Part shown: one piece after another, positions 39,168-52,405 of the stretch
How positions within the stretch are numbered: the stretch's first letter is position 1
Layout: each line of letters opens with the position of its first letter
Source of the DNA: Octopus vulgaris
Taxonomy: Eukaryota
Assembly (NCBI GenBank): GCA_951406725.2
Contig: OX597816.1
Span: 107,818,001-107,882,000, forward strand
Reading direction: 5' to 3'
DNA length: 64,000 nt
Position numbers and translations under genes: made by a program
The notes under the pieces: generated by a model
Told to the model about the DNA's origin: nothing
The model's database searches: none
What the model saw: the letters and a program-made list of their open reading frames with translations, nothing else

Positions 39168-39437
39168 TCAGCACCATGTAGGAGCGTGGTGAAATACTCC
39201 CAGGTTAGTGGTGGGAGGAGATAATGGGGTGGCCAAAAGGGGGCTATTAAATGGCTATGCTGCACCCCTTCTCTATTTTTTAACAGCACACTCAAGTTTA
39301 GAAAATAATGAATAAAAATCGATCTCAAAGTTCTGAACGTGCTCACCCCTTCTCATGAGCGGTACCTTTGGGAAGATTTCGTACAATACTGTAAGCTCAA
39401 TTTTTAAGTGTTATATATTCTTCTTCTTCTTCTTCTT

Positions 39438-39503
<66 letters not shown>

Positions 39504-39640
39504 TTATTATATCTCTTAAATATAAAACTATATTATTATGACTATGAGCTGTGGCCCCAGCATGGCCACAGCTCATAGGCTGGAACTGGAATCAATCAAT
39601 CAATCAATCATATATTATTATTATTATTATTATTACTATA

Positions 39641-39694
<54 letters not shown>

Positions 39695-40473
39695 AAACAA
39701 ACATAACAAATCTCAGCAATTTTAACGAGTGGTATCTTGGACAAATATTGAAAATTGTATTCGAGCTGTAGACACTTTGATCAATATCTGGCAACCTACG
39801 AATTTTTGCAACTACAGATCTTTGAGATAAATTGCATGAACACCGAGTCGAGTGTTAGAGAAATTGTCGATGCGCATATTAAACTCATGTTTTGCTATTT
39901 GTTAGTCAATCTTTCACTTCGCAAACCACGAGAAGTCATATATCCGGTGTACCAAAGGTTGTTTTCTGTGTTCACATTAATAAAGAATATTGATCTCAGA
40001 GACGAATTCAAGCTTTAAAATGGTTAAAGGAAATGGAAGATGAGATTGTATGCCGTTAATGCCTTCTTACACATTCCAATGAGGTTTCGTTTCCTCATTA
40101 AAACTATTTCAGTTCACTAATGTTGAATGGTACGAACGCAACTCATTTCACTTTCCCTATGAATGTAGAGCGTCATTCCTATACAACAAATCTAATACTC
40201 CTTTATAAACCCTGCGCATCATTCTCGTATATTAGGAAAAAAACAACTAGTGCTTCACTTCTTTGGTAGCGTTATCTTCCCAGAATTCTTGTCACCAAAA
40301 TTACCATGGCAACGCAAAATATATTTTTTGATATGGTTTCATTTGGTGATTCATTGAATATAACCCTTTTGTAACTACTAATCAAATGTATCTGCTAGCA
40401 TACACGCAAGGATAAACTGGCGGCAAATTATGTGAACAAAGCGCCCACACAAACACACACACACATACACACG

Positions 40474-40551
<78 letters not shown>

Positions 40552-41021
40552 AACAACTCCCAGAAAAATAATAAACGTATGTTATCTTGTAAAATAAAAT
40601 TACAGAAAGAAACCAGAAAATGTCAGTTTTGAAAACAAAAAACTGCTTGCCGAATGAAATATTTAGTAGATTAATGGAACATTTATCTGCAACCATATTT
40701 GAAATCAAGGCAAGTAAGGGACACTGGGGTGAGCATGTTGCTGCGGAATACATTTTAACTTTGGGTCAATTGTCTCCATGTGTCGTGACGTCTAAACAGT
40801 AGAATATCGATGAAAACGAATCAATCAATCGAAAAAATATTAGGAAAAAAAAGCCGAAGAATGAAATGAGAAAAAAAAATATTGACAGTCTCTGATGGAA
40901 TCAAAATTATCAAGGCCATAAATTTTAGTATTGCTTTTGTAAATTCAATAAACAATCAGCATCTATCGTAAGGGAAATCTGAAGCTCTATCGCATTTAAG
41001 CACAGTGATTCACTGTTGCTG

Positions 41022-41067
<46 letters not shown>

Positions 41068-42589
41068 CAGAAATATCAGTGCAGTGGAGAAAATTTCATG
41101 CGGTGCTGCAATTACGTTTGTCTACATTGCACGTACAAATGTTTCCGTCGTCTACTTTTCATCGTTCTGGTTTCGCCAAATAAGTACACTAGGGTTTTGG
41201 TTAACTTAAAGACCACGTACCTATGGTAGAAAGCAATATTGTTATGCTATGAAAGTATCAAAAAATACAAATTAAGGAAAATCAAAAAGTACGAACAGGG
41301 CCAATATCAAGTGTAATGTGAGGACTTTCTATCTCTCACTTTTTTTTGTTCATTCTTTGGTTTCATCTCATAGGTTGGATTTCTTTGATCTAAGACTAGA
41401 ACTGTCTTCGATTTTGAACGCTTGGGAACTGTATCTCTGAAATATATCAAATAAAGAGTCTGTCATGTTTGCACATGCTCGTTTTAAACTTCACCCCTAA
41501 AAGTCAAAAGCACTATTATTTCTATATTTTCTCTTATCGCATGTATACGATCGGTACTACAATGGTTTGGCTTCTGCTAAAGTTGGTAGTTGTACTTCAG
41601 TGTAGTTCTTTAGATTATGTCTGCTTTAGTGCAAAGTGTCCAAGATCATTATCCTAAGCCAGAATGTTGCCTCCTTGCATCGCACAGCCCACAACTTCTC
41701 TTACTTTCCGAACTGCATTAGATCCTTTTTCGATCTTTTTGCTAAAAAAGATATCTAACAATATTTCGCAATCTTTTTTCTCCCATTTCTCGAATGTGTC
41801 AGTTTTGTAGATAGTATTCCCCCGAGAAACTAGCATCCATATTTGATGCACACTTTCCATTCCACTCTTCAATTCTTTATTTAGGCAAACCTATTTCTAA
41901 ATTCCTCTTGCCCATTTCTCCGGGGTTCCCATGATATACACATTGACGCCGTTTGCGAGAGAATTTGCAGACTCTCGGAACCAACAGGGCGACACGCCTT
42001 GAAATGAAAACCCTTTGTTACGTTTACAAAAAGCACTCAGGAGCAATTTTTAACACTTGCCAAATTCATCATTTTCTCCAGCCTCCCATCGACTAAATCC
42101 ACTCACATAGATTTCCACAGTTGTTACCTAAAATTCGTTTCTTAGATTACTTCAAGCTCAAACTTTGCAAGGTAGGTTTTAATGAATTTAATCGACATCT
42201 GTATATTATCGGTATTTTTTATGGAATCTGGGATGGCGAAATATTAAGATGACATCTGAGGTATTCTATTTTAGAATTTTTAGGAACACTCCAGAAATAT
42301 ATATAATGCAATGTTTGTTTATAATTCCTGCCACTTCACGTAAATTTAAACAGCAAAAAAAGAAAACTATTTAAGAAATTGAAGTACTCAGAACCTGCTG
42401 TGTTGTTATAAACTAGCTCCCTTTGTTCAGTGCAAGGAAAACTGAGCAAGCGTTTCCAATCAAAGACGTAGATTGACCAATAGCTCGTGAGTGAAATGGA
42501 AACTCTGCACATGCTCACCATATATCACTCTTTCTCTCCCACCCCTTCTTTCTAAATACATATACACGCACACGTGTGTATATATATTC

Positions 42590-42810
42590 TTTCTTTTCTT
42601 TATTCTTTATTCTTTTATTTGTTTCAGTCATTTCACTTCGGTCATGCCGGAGCACCACCTTTATTGGAACAAATCGACCCCAGGACTTATTCTTTGTAAG
42701 CCTAGTAACTATTCTATCGGTCTCTTAGGCCGAACCGCTAATTACAGGGACGTAAATTCACCAACATTGGTTGTCAAGCGATGATAGGGGAACAAACACA
42801 GACACACAAA
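42590..42810 (-). mobile_element. Family-A SINE, 3' half
   Basis: TTTGTTTCAGTCATTT...GACCCCAGGACTTATTCTTTGTAAGCCTAGT...GGTTGTCAAGCGATG. Confidence 0.85.
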
Positions 42811-42932
42811 CATATATACATATGTAAATGTGTGTGTGTGTGTGAGTGTGTGTGCGTGTGTGTATTAAATAAAATGAGACAACAAAGCCAAGGCTGTGTA
42901 GAATTTTCAGGACATTTATAAAGAGAAAGTTA

Positions 42933-42980
42933 GTCTTACAGCTGTTTCTGGGTTATTAAGGATATCCCTTCATCACAAAC
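42933..42980 (-). ncRNA. Degenerate hammerhead ribozyme motif
   Basis: Reverse strand reads GTTT-GTGATGA-AGGG...CCCA-GAAA-CAGCTG-TA-AGAC. C3 is replaced by G; palindromic stem III and GUA site are retained. Confidence 0.55.
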
Positions 42981-43609
42981 GATGTGAAATAGTTAAATAG
43001 AAGGAAATATTAGAGTTCAATATTAGGAATTATTTTGGAACAGGAAGCAAATAAGACGTATATAGGGAAATAGGAGAATGAATGTAGAAATGAAATTAAA
43101 AATAAAAATGTATAAATATGAAGTAGTTGCAGTTCCATTATCCAAGAAAACTGGTGTGTAGAAGTTGTGTAGAAATGCTTCCTGTCCGTGGTATGTAAAT
43201 TCCAATAGGAGTTCATATTTTGTCGTCACAAATAAAAAGTGTAGAGACATAGATTCCTTGTGCTGTTCATTCAAATGGGTCTTGTGGTGTGGATATATAT
43301 ATATATATATATATATATGTAAATGAGTAACGGTAGAGGAACAGGTGTCACCTGTACATATACTGTTACCCATTTATATTTTAAACACCTGTCTTGAAAT
43401 CTGTCCTTCGTAAATGTTATAGACCGTATATTTAATATAATGTACATTTTTGAATAGCTCAAGAGCGGATTTCTTCATTCAGCTAGGTCTAATTGTCTAT
43501 ATACACTGCAAGACTATCATTCAGCTGGTACCTATGTCCCAAGTTTGATATTTATATAATAATGTTGTGTGTGTATATTATTCTGACCTAACAAGGTGCC
43601 TCAATTATA

Positions 43610-43708
<99 letters not shown>

Positions 43709-43742
43709 TTACACACGCAGAGAATCTGTCAGCAGTCATTAT

Positions 43743-43952
43743 AGACTTACTATTCATAGACAACAAATACGAGACCCCTATACGAGATAGATACCACTTA
43801 GTGAACACATAGACATTTGTGCAAAACATAAGTCTCCCAAGTTTCAAGTCTTTCCACTTTATCTTTGTTTAGTCAATACCACAGACCAAGGACGGATAAA
43901 GAGAGGAAATATATTCATAGAAAAGTACCAACCAAGACTAAATAAACTTTAA
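43743..43952 (+). pseudogene. C-terminal fragment of a second-type PLE GIY-YIG endonuclease (not captured as one ORF in the track)
   Basis: RLTIHRQQIRDPYTR*IPLSEHIDICAKHKSPKFQVFPLY...RIKRGNIFIEKYQPRLNKL* has the R..H, SEH and R...E..FI...P.LN pattern with one internal stop and E replaced by G; it follows a (TA)n tract. Confidence 0.75.
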
Positions 43953-45655
43953 CAAACTACATTCATGAACAGTTATTCACACACAAACTCATTCAACTGC
44001 TTGACATACTGAATTTACACAGATAAGAACCTAAACGTTGGTCACTATCATGACTGCTAACTGGCAGCTTCTATATATACATAAGTATTGAATGATTATA
44101 AAAGAAAAAATTTAACTATTCAACCACTAGGCTACATAGAAACAACTCCTGTCCACTTTACCATTCGACAGATTAAATTTAGAGAACCTTACTTTGGGAC
44201 TGTCACTAGACATGCTAATTTAACCGTGCCAGTCTTGATTTTCGGCGCCAAAAAAAAATTGTTACATATTAATGCATTGACGTAATGGGGAAACTACAAT
44301 AATTTCTAAGATTCCAAGAAATCACGAGACCTTCTCTACTGCAATTGACAGATAAAATTCAGACAGTCTTGGTTGCTAGGGATTGTAACTAGACAGCTTT
44401 AACTAACGATGCCAAACATATTGTCTCATGACATTAAAGAACGGACGTAGCTGAGAACTTAACAAAATTTCTAAACCTGATCACGTTATCATCCTCGCTC
44501 ATTCCAAATGGATTCAAGACATATTAATTTGAGCCATGTTCTCTCAATATAATCTGACAATTTTTTTTTTATTTTAATCAGAAACAAGACAGTTGCAGCA
44601 TAGCTCCACGTCTTTCTATCTCAACTTCAGAGTTGAGATAGAAAAACGTGAAACAGGTTAAGTCTTAAAAATGTTTTTAACGTATTTACATCTAGATGAG
44701 AGGCTCGCCATGATATAATATTGCACCTCAATTGTGGAGAAACATTCATATAAATATATTGGGATCTCATGACCGAGTGTGCGCGCGTTTATATGCGTGT
44801 GCCTGTATGTATAGTAGGGAAAGATCGCTATACAATGACAGAGTTGCTTGTTCGATCCCATCCCGTGTCATTTTGAGCAAGTGTCAACATTTTAAGTTAA
44901 TTGAAGTACGCCAAACAGTACCGAAACCAGACTAAATTCATAGTGCCTGCCGTTCAGAAATCCGCCTTCCTCATACACGGTGACATGCTAATTTTATACA
45001 AGGAATACTGTGGAATACTCAGCCCCATGCATGCTTAATTTCAATGAGACCCTAGTTGAGCTAATCGAATCGAAAGCGATCATCATCGAAACCGAGTGAC
45101 ATCTAGACACCTTTATCAGCAAAAGATAGATATCAATGAGAAAAACCGATAATTCTTCGCGTCGAATAAAAATAAATCGTTATCTGGTTTGTATATACAG
45201 CTAACTTATCACTCTCACCAATGGAAATGAAATAGGGCCGACAGTGAACGTATAACTAACAACTGTAATGTTCACAAAATGCATGATATATATAAATAAA
45301 CATATATAAATAAATAGTTGTGCATTCTTTAGTATCATGTGTTATAAACAAAAAATCATTCATATTTCTCCGAGACGATATTCAATTTAATGATATTCAC
45401 GATAATAATATGATCTTAAGGCAACAAAGTGCTAAAAATTTTTAAGTAAAAACTAAATTATATTTGAGTGTTATTAAGTTTTTCAACAAGGGTTTCATTT
45501 TATCAGGTATTTTTTATCTCAAGAGTTTGTACTTAAAATATGGCTTTTAAGAGATTCCATTCTGTAAAATCTTGGCTGGTAATTGAAAATGTTGCTAGTT
45601 TTAAAATGTGTAAGTTATGGTGATATAAAGACATTATACGGGATATTTTTTTTCT

Positions 45656-45720
<65 letters not shown>

Positions 45721-45723
<3 letters not shown>

Positions 45724-45915
45724 GCACATTCACCATATATATATTCACCGCTGCTAGCTACAGGTTCTTTTCTTCATTCTCTCTCTGTTTATTTCCTCTT
45801 ATTCCTTTCTGTCGAAGAGGGTAGGCTCGAAACGTAAAAGACTTTTTCATTTTCCCGAGCGTCAAACTAATACATTTACTTGTTGTTCATACACATGTGT
45901 TTGTCATTTGTTTTT

Positions 45916-45919
<4 letters not shown>
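45721..45919 (+). mobile_element. Non-coding HHR-like cassette, family R2
   Basis: 45805-45840 reads CTTT-CTGTCGA-A-GAGG GTAG GCTC-GAAAC-GTA-AAAG; ends at (TA)n. Confidence 0.65.
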
Positions 45920-45992
<73 letters not shown>

Positions 45993-46069
45993 TGTATGTA
46001 TGTATGTATGCATGTATATATGTATATATATATATACATATATATGTATATATTTATACATATATATAC

Positions 46070-46100
<31 letters not shown>

Positions 46101-46235
46101 GATATAGATATATATATATATATATATATACATGTATATATATAAGTAGATAAATGGTACAACAAGGCACTAATATTTACTGGAAAATAGCAATCGATAT
46201 AAATACGACGCTATTGTATAGCTATTGTATGTATG

Positions 46236-46281
<46 letters not shown>

Positions 46282-46339
46282 TCTATCATTTTCAATGTTG
46301 CAGCAACAGCAACAGCAGCATTTTGTGAACATTATATGT

Positions 46340-46541
46340 ATTCGCCCTGTTGGACCTCTGTACTCAACACGTTGTTTTCATTTTACATCTGTCTCTATTT
46401 GTTTCCTCTTATTCCTTTCTGTCAAAGACCGTAGTTTCGAAATGTAAAAGACTTTTTCATTTTTCCCGAATGTCAAACTAATACATTTGTTTGTTGTTCC
46501 TAAACCTGTCCTCATCTTTGTTTTTTCTATAAATTTGAACT
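46340..46541 (+). mobile_element. Older copy of the family R2 cassette
   Basis: TTTCCTCTTATTCCTTTCTGTC..CGAAATGTAAAAGACTTTTTCATT..GTCAAACTAATACATTT is shared with 45721-45919; the core is decayed. Confidence 0.65.
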
Positions 46542-46544
46542 ATG

Positions 46545-46620
<76 letters not shown>

Positions 46621-46624
46621 CATA

Positions 46625-46729
46625 AGTAAAAATTTAGAATCAGATGAATATGATACTTAAGTTGAGGCACCAGAATTTAGTATGGTATTATCCATACAGT
46701 TTAAAATATTTAAAATATTGATTATAATC

Positions 46730-46732
<3 letters not shown>
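46625..46732 (-). mobile_element. Small remnant of the 3' end of the 30.8-32.1 kb PLE family
   Basis: 46625-46696 resembles the reverse complement of ~32065-32138, and is followed by forward TTGATTATAATCACC as at 32036-32050. Confidence 0.6.
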
Positions 46733-46769
<37 letters not shown>

Positions 46770-46800
46770 CACACACATACATACATATAGATTGATAAAC

Positions 46801-46885
<85 letters not shown>

Positions 46886-47117
46886 CAGACCTACATACAT
46901 TAATAAATACATGTATAAATGAAATGCATTATCGAGTGCAAATGCTTCTTTCTTCTTAATAGGCATGCTCATAATATTAGATAATAAATTTTAAGATATT
47001 TCAGTCATAGAAAATTAGATTTGTTAGAGAAACATATAAAGAAGTATATTATTCTTAAGGCAAACTTATCCAAAAGCAAACATTCTCTTAATTGCAACAT
47101 ATAGGCACATAGTTTTT

Positions 47118-47166
<49 letters not shown>

Positions 47167-47395
47167 GCTACTGCAACTGCTACTGCTGCTATTGATGCTG
47201 CCGCAGATGTCACAGCTGATGCGTCTGTTAATGATGCCACTGCTGCTGCCGCAGCTCTTACTGTCGCTGCTGCTGCCATTGTTGCTGGTGTTGATGTTGC
47301 TATTTGTAAATGGTGGATGAACACATATGTAGTCATATGTTTATGGATGTATGTGTGTGCGCGCGTGTGTGCATACATACAAAATATATATGTAT

Positions 47396-47472
<77 letters not shown>

Positions 47473-47701
47473 CATATATACACACACACATACATATATA
47501 TTTCAGTTTATAAACTGTAGGTGTAAGTGAGTGGGTGTATAAATCGAAGTTAATTTGAGAAAAAATGTGGTCAGAAAGTAAGGATAATTTATTAGAGATT
47601 ATTTTAAGAGTAATATATTTTCCCATTATCGATGCATGTGGGCGTATTAAATAAAATACTTGCACGCATGAGTATTTGTATACTCTTTTCCAAATATTAA
47701 T

Positions 47702-47743
<42 letters not shown>

Positions 47744-47850
47744 GCATATTATATTAATATATATATATATACGTATATTAATATTATATTATTAATATTA
47801 TATATACTTTTATCTATCTAGCTAGCTATCTATGCATCTCTATCTTTCTA

Positions 47851-47901
<51 letters not shown>

Positions 47902-49299
47902 ATGTATGTGTGTGTATGTATGTATATATGTATATGTGTGTATGAATGTTTATGTGCATATATGTATGTGTGAGTATATATATATACAGGGAGAGAGAGA
48001 GAGGGATAATAATTAATATTTATTTATATATATATACATAATGTATTTTTGTGTGTCGCTGCCTCTATAATTGTAAATTTATCCAAACAGCCTGCATAAG
48101 TGCATCAATGTACATACATACATACATACATACATACATACATACATACATACATGATACATAGATAAACATATACATATATATATATTTCTCATTTATA
48201 TAAATATGTACATATATAGCTAGCTAGCTTGGTAAGTACATACATACGTGTATGTGTGTGTGTTTGTATGTATGTTTGTGTGTGTGTGTATGTGTGTGTG
48301 CGAGGGATAGTGGGAGAAAGGAGGATAGAGAAGGAAGGATTGAAAGCATTAGCTATCCAACATATTTATACATGTGAATATAACATAAGACATATCCAGA
48401 AGGTACCTTCCAAAATGTTTCGTCGGGCTTACTAGAAAGATTCTCTGATTTCTTATGATATATTATAGTAAAGAATAGTATCTAATGGTGGAGGTGTATT
48501 CTGTTTGTTAACAAATCAGGTAACGAAGTCGATTCAACGTCATTGTTCCATTTATTTGATACAGTTACCACGTTCGTTAGTCATCTGAAGCGAGTCTATT
48601 TTATAGGCCTGATGAAAGAGTCTATTTCTTGGCTGACGAACACTCCCTTTGTAAGACACTACTACTAATATTATGTATGTATGTATGTATGTATGTATGT
48701 ATGTATGTATGTATGTGTGCATATATGTATGTATGTGTGTATGTATGTATGTATACCAGTAAGCATGTACGTACTATGCATGTGTGTGCACATGTATATA
48801 AATGTATATATATGTGTGTGTATTCATACACGTACATATATGTATGTATGTATGTCTGTCTGTCTGTCTGTCTGTCTGTATGTCTGTATGTATGTATAGC
48901 CTTTTTAGGAATGGTGGATTTCGAAGAAAGCATATAAAGTCATAAATAATAACATGTGAACATTTTGGATAGTAAAAGTCAGGCGGCTGGTGACTTTTTC
49001 TATCCAAAAATTATTTTTACCCTATCTACACGCTATTATCTAGGGCTTTTACTTGCTTTCTTCGAGATCTCTTCTTCCTAAACAATAAAAATTATTTCTC
49101 TTTGTCTCGATCTCTACAAAAATTCATATGACGTCAATACACACACACACACACATACATTCACACACACACACACACACACATGTCTGTATGCATATAC
49201 ATATATATTTTCACTAGTTTTATTCACTGGACTTGGCCATTATGGGAAACTACATTCTAGTGCTTTCATCGATCATATTGCCGCTAGTAAAAAGGTAAA

Positions 49300-49588
49300 G
49301 ACATCCTCCTGTCATGAATGACCATGGGATTGCAGCTAGAAAGTTCCCTACCAAGGTACAAGTCCGGGCACTCATACCAGTCTCCCCTTACCACGTCACC
49401 GGTGTTATCCAAGGGAAAAAGTCAAAGGCGGATACAGCTTGGCACCAGTGACATCGCAACTCATTTGAAGTGAAGCAACGTGAAATGAAGTGTCTTGCTC
49501 AAGAACGTGTCACACAGCCCAGTCCAGGAATCGAACGCACTACCTCATGATTTTGAGCCCGATGCTCAAACCACTGCGCCATCTGCCA
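49300..49588 (-). mobile_element. tRNA-derived SINE, family C
   Basis: Reverse of a tRNA-like head (CCAGGAATCGAAC...GCTCAAACCACTGCGCCA) next to AAGTGTCTTGCTCAAGAAC, a CORE-like central motif. Confidence 0.65.
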
Positions 49589-49952
49589 CTGTAACGGTAG
49601 TTATTTCATCGATATCAGTCTATAGTTATACATTCTGTAACCTTGCCTTTTGCACTAAACATTGCATTTTACGCCTGTGATATCAAACCTGGACCATAAC
49701 ACACATATTCATTTGTACCTGTACTTACTTTTAGTTTCAGTATATATGTGTATTTGTGTATGTGTGTGTGTATGTGCATTTGTGTTTTGCATGTATTTGT
49801 GTGTGGGGGGGGGATGTATGTATGTATGTATGTATGTATGCATGTATGTATGTATGCATGTACGTATGTATCTATGCATGTATGTATGTATCTATGCTTG
49901 TATGTATGCATGTATGTATGTATGCATGTATGCATACATATATATATATACA

Positions 49953-49995
<43 letters not shown>

Positions 49996-50454
49996 TCATA
50001 TCTTGAGTGACAACAATGCTCAAGATATATACAACGGGCTGGAAATAGAAGTGCTCTAATGAGCTGTATACACTTTTTTATCCAAGGGGAGGCAATGCGA
50101 GCAACAACCACAGGAACATCAGAAAATCCACAGAATGACCAAACACATACAAATCTTCATATACTCATTTATATCTATAAAGCCCGACATTTAAAAATTT
50201 AAAAATTTAGTAATATATAAATAAATAAATATATCATATTAAAATATGAATTTTGCATATAACACCTTGAATTTACGCTTAAAACATTTTGTATAAATTT
50301 GCTACAATAAGAGAAATAAATATAATAACAATAAATAAAAATAATGCATACAAGGCATATTAAAAGACGAATTAAAATTCTAGCGAAATGTACATAGAAG
50401 ATGATAATTATACAAGTTTACAAAAATATAAGTTTACAAAGATACACAGAAGTC

Positions 50455-50539
50455 CATCTACGGGCAGTTTCGGAGACGCGCCAATTAATATTATTAGACA
50501 TATCATATACTTAAGATTGGCACTCCTCTCATCAGGATG
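50455..50539 (-). ncRNA. Hammerhead ribozyme in left inverted pLTR
   Basis: Reverse strand reads CATC-CTGATGA-GAGGAGTGCCAAT...ATTGGCGCGTCTCC-GAAA-CTGCCCG-TA-GATG. Confidence 0.75.
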
Positions 50540-50622
50540 TCCTATACATACAACACATAGTAAACGTAAACAAAAACACAATCACATACTGGCCATCTCC
50601 AGAACCGAGACATTAGGTACTC

Positions 50623-51513
50623 TTTGAACAGAAGTAAAATAAGGCGCTATAATGATGGAAATGACGACAGAAGCTTCAATGGAAAATTCATTAACGACTT
50701 AGAAGATAGTAGTAATATTAATAGTACGTCTTCTGAAATCGATTATGAAGGGCGTCTTGGAATGACAAATAATGCAAATAGTAGAAATAATCATAATAAT
50801 GATGTTGGTGATGATATTAGTGATTATAATGATTATCAGGGTGGTAATAATAGTGTTAATTGTAGTGATAATGGTAATATAAATATTAGTAAAAATAGAA
50901 ATAAAAATAAAAATAAGAATGATGGTAATAGTAAGAATAACAAAAGAATATATATACCGGAAAATAGTACGAACGCTGGTGTAAATGATATGGTGGATCG
51001 TAGTACTGGAGGGGGCATGGTTTCGGAGTGGTGAGTAATATGAGACCCCGTAGCAGGTTGAAGAAATGTAATTGTAGGTGCCTCATCAATATGTCCGATT
51101 AGCGGAAATTGTCGTCAGGAAAATGTAGTTTATAAATGTAGTGTTGAGGCTCAAGGAGGCCAGAGAAAAATATATATTGGAAGCACAGTAGACTTTAAGC
51201 AGAGGTACCGATCCCCCTGAGCTTTTTCAACAATCTTAGATATAGGACCTCTACAACTTTGGCATTACATGCTAATGACCTTAAGGAAAGGAATGTTGAA
51301 TTAAAAATATCATGGGCTATCCTTGCGCATGCCTTCCCTTATAGAATTGGGTCCACTAGATGTGGTTTATGCATAAGGGAGGCATATACTATATTGAAAA
51401 ATTACAACAACGCAGTGTTAAATAAGTTCACTGATGCAATACCAGCTTGTACGCATAGGATCCGCTCGACGTTCCATAAGAAATTTAGAAATAAAAATAG
51501 CAATAAAAGTTAG
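50623..51513 (+). pseudogene. PLE linker, Cys motif and GIY-YIG endonuclease pseudogene
   Basis: Asn/Asp-rich stretch, then KCNCR / CPISGNCRQENVVYKCSV..IYIGSTVDFKQRY / STTLALH..ISWAIL..RCGLCIRE..VLNK..CTHR, read across frameshifts and stops. Confidence 0.9.
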
Positions 51514-51913
51514 AGCTAAGCAATAACAATTGAATTAAATTTAGTAAGCATAGTAAGTAGTAAATGAAATAAAACTAAAGTAATGTAATTATTAAAAGAA
51601 AAAAAATTATTTAAAAAAATAGCTATTAGCATAAAATCTGTCAAGGACTTGAACCCGAATATGTGGCTTTGCATGTATGTGGGAATTTAAAAGATAGATT
51701 GAAATAAAATAAAATTAAATTAAATAAGTGCAGAAGTGCAGATGGCGCTGCGTGCATACCATTTACAATGGTTGCTGGGTCGAATTATATGCGTATAAAG
51801 TAGCATTCAGGATCGGAGAAAAATTTCTGGGAGTACCTAATGTCTCGCTTCTGAATATGGCCGGTATGTGACTGTGCTTTTGTTTACGTTTACTATGTGT
51901 TGTATGTAAAGGA

Positions 51914-51986
51914 CATCCTGATGAGGAGAGTGCCAATTTTAAGTATATGATATGTCTAATAATATTAATTGGCGCGTCTCTGGATG
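51914..51986 (+). ncRNA. Inactivated hammerhead (GAAA/stem III/cleavage site deleted)
   Basis: CATC-CTGATGA-GGAGAGTGCCAATT...AATTGGCGCGTCTC is followed directly by TGGATG; CGAAACTGCCCGTA of the mirror copy is missing. Confidence 0.65.
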
Positions 51987-52340
51987 GACTTCTGTGTATC
52001 TTTGTAAGCATATTTTTGTAAACTTGTGTACATTTCGCTAGAATTTTAATTCGTCTTTTAATATGCCTTGTATGCTTTATTTTTATTTATTATTATTATA
52101 TTTATTTCTCTTATTGTAACAAATTTATACTAAATGTTTTAAGCGTAAATTCAAGGTGTTATATGCAAAATTTATATTTTTATATGATATATTTATTTAT
52201 TTATATATTACTAAAATTTTAAATGTCAGGCTTTATAGATATAAATGAGTATATGAAGATTTGTATGTGTTTGGTCATTCTGTGGATTTTCTGATGTTCC
52301 TGTGGTTGATGCTCGCATTGTCTCCCCTCGATTAAAAAAG

Positions 52341-52405
<65 letters not shown>

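Larger units (their letters stand above)
49993..52345 (+). mobile_element. Older 5'-truncated Penelope-like element with ~550-bp inverted pLTRs
   Basis: Inverted arms ~50067-50622 and 51831-52345; an N-rich linker and GIY-YIG pseudogene lie between them; (TA)n on both flanks. Confidence 0.88.

Noticed and set aside
47088-47300. Ala/Val-rich ORF segment
   Set aside because: Derived from (CTA)n/(CTG)n trinucleotide repeats.
48609-48650. CTGATGA and CTGACGA close together
   Set aside because: No downstream GAAA-stem III-NUH arrangement, so not a hammerhead.
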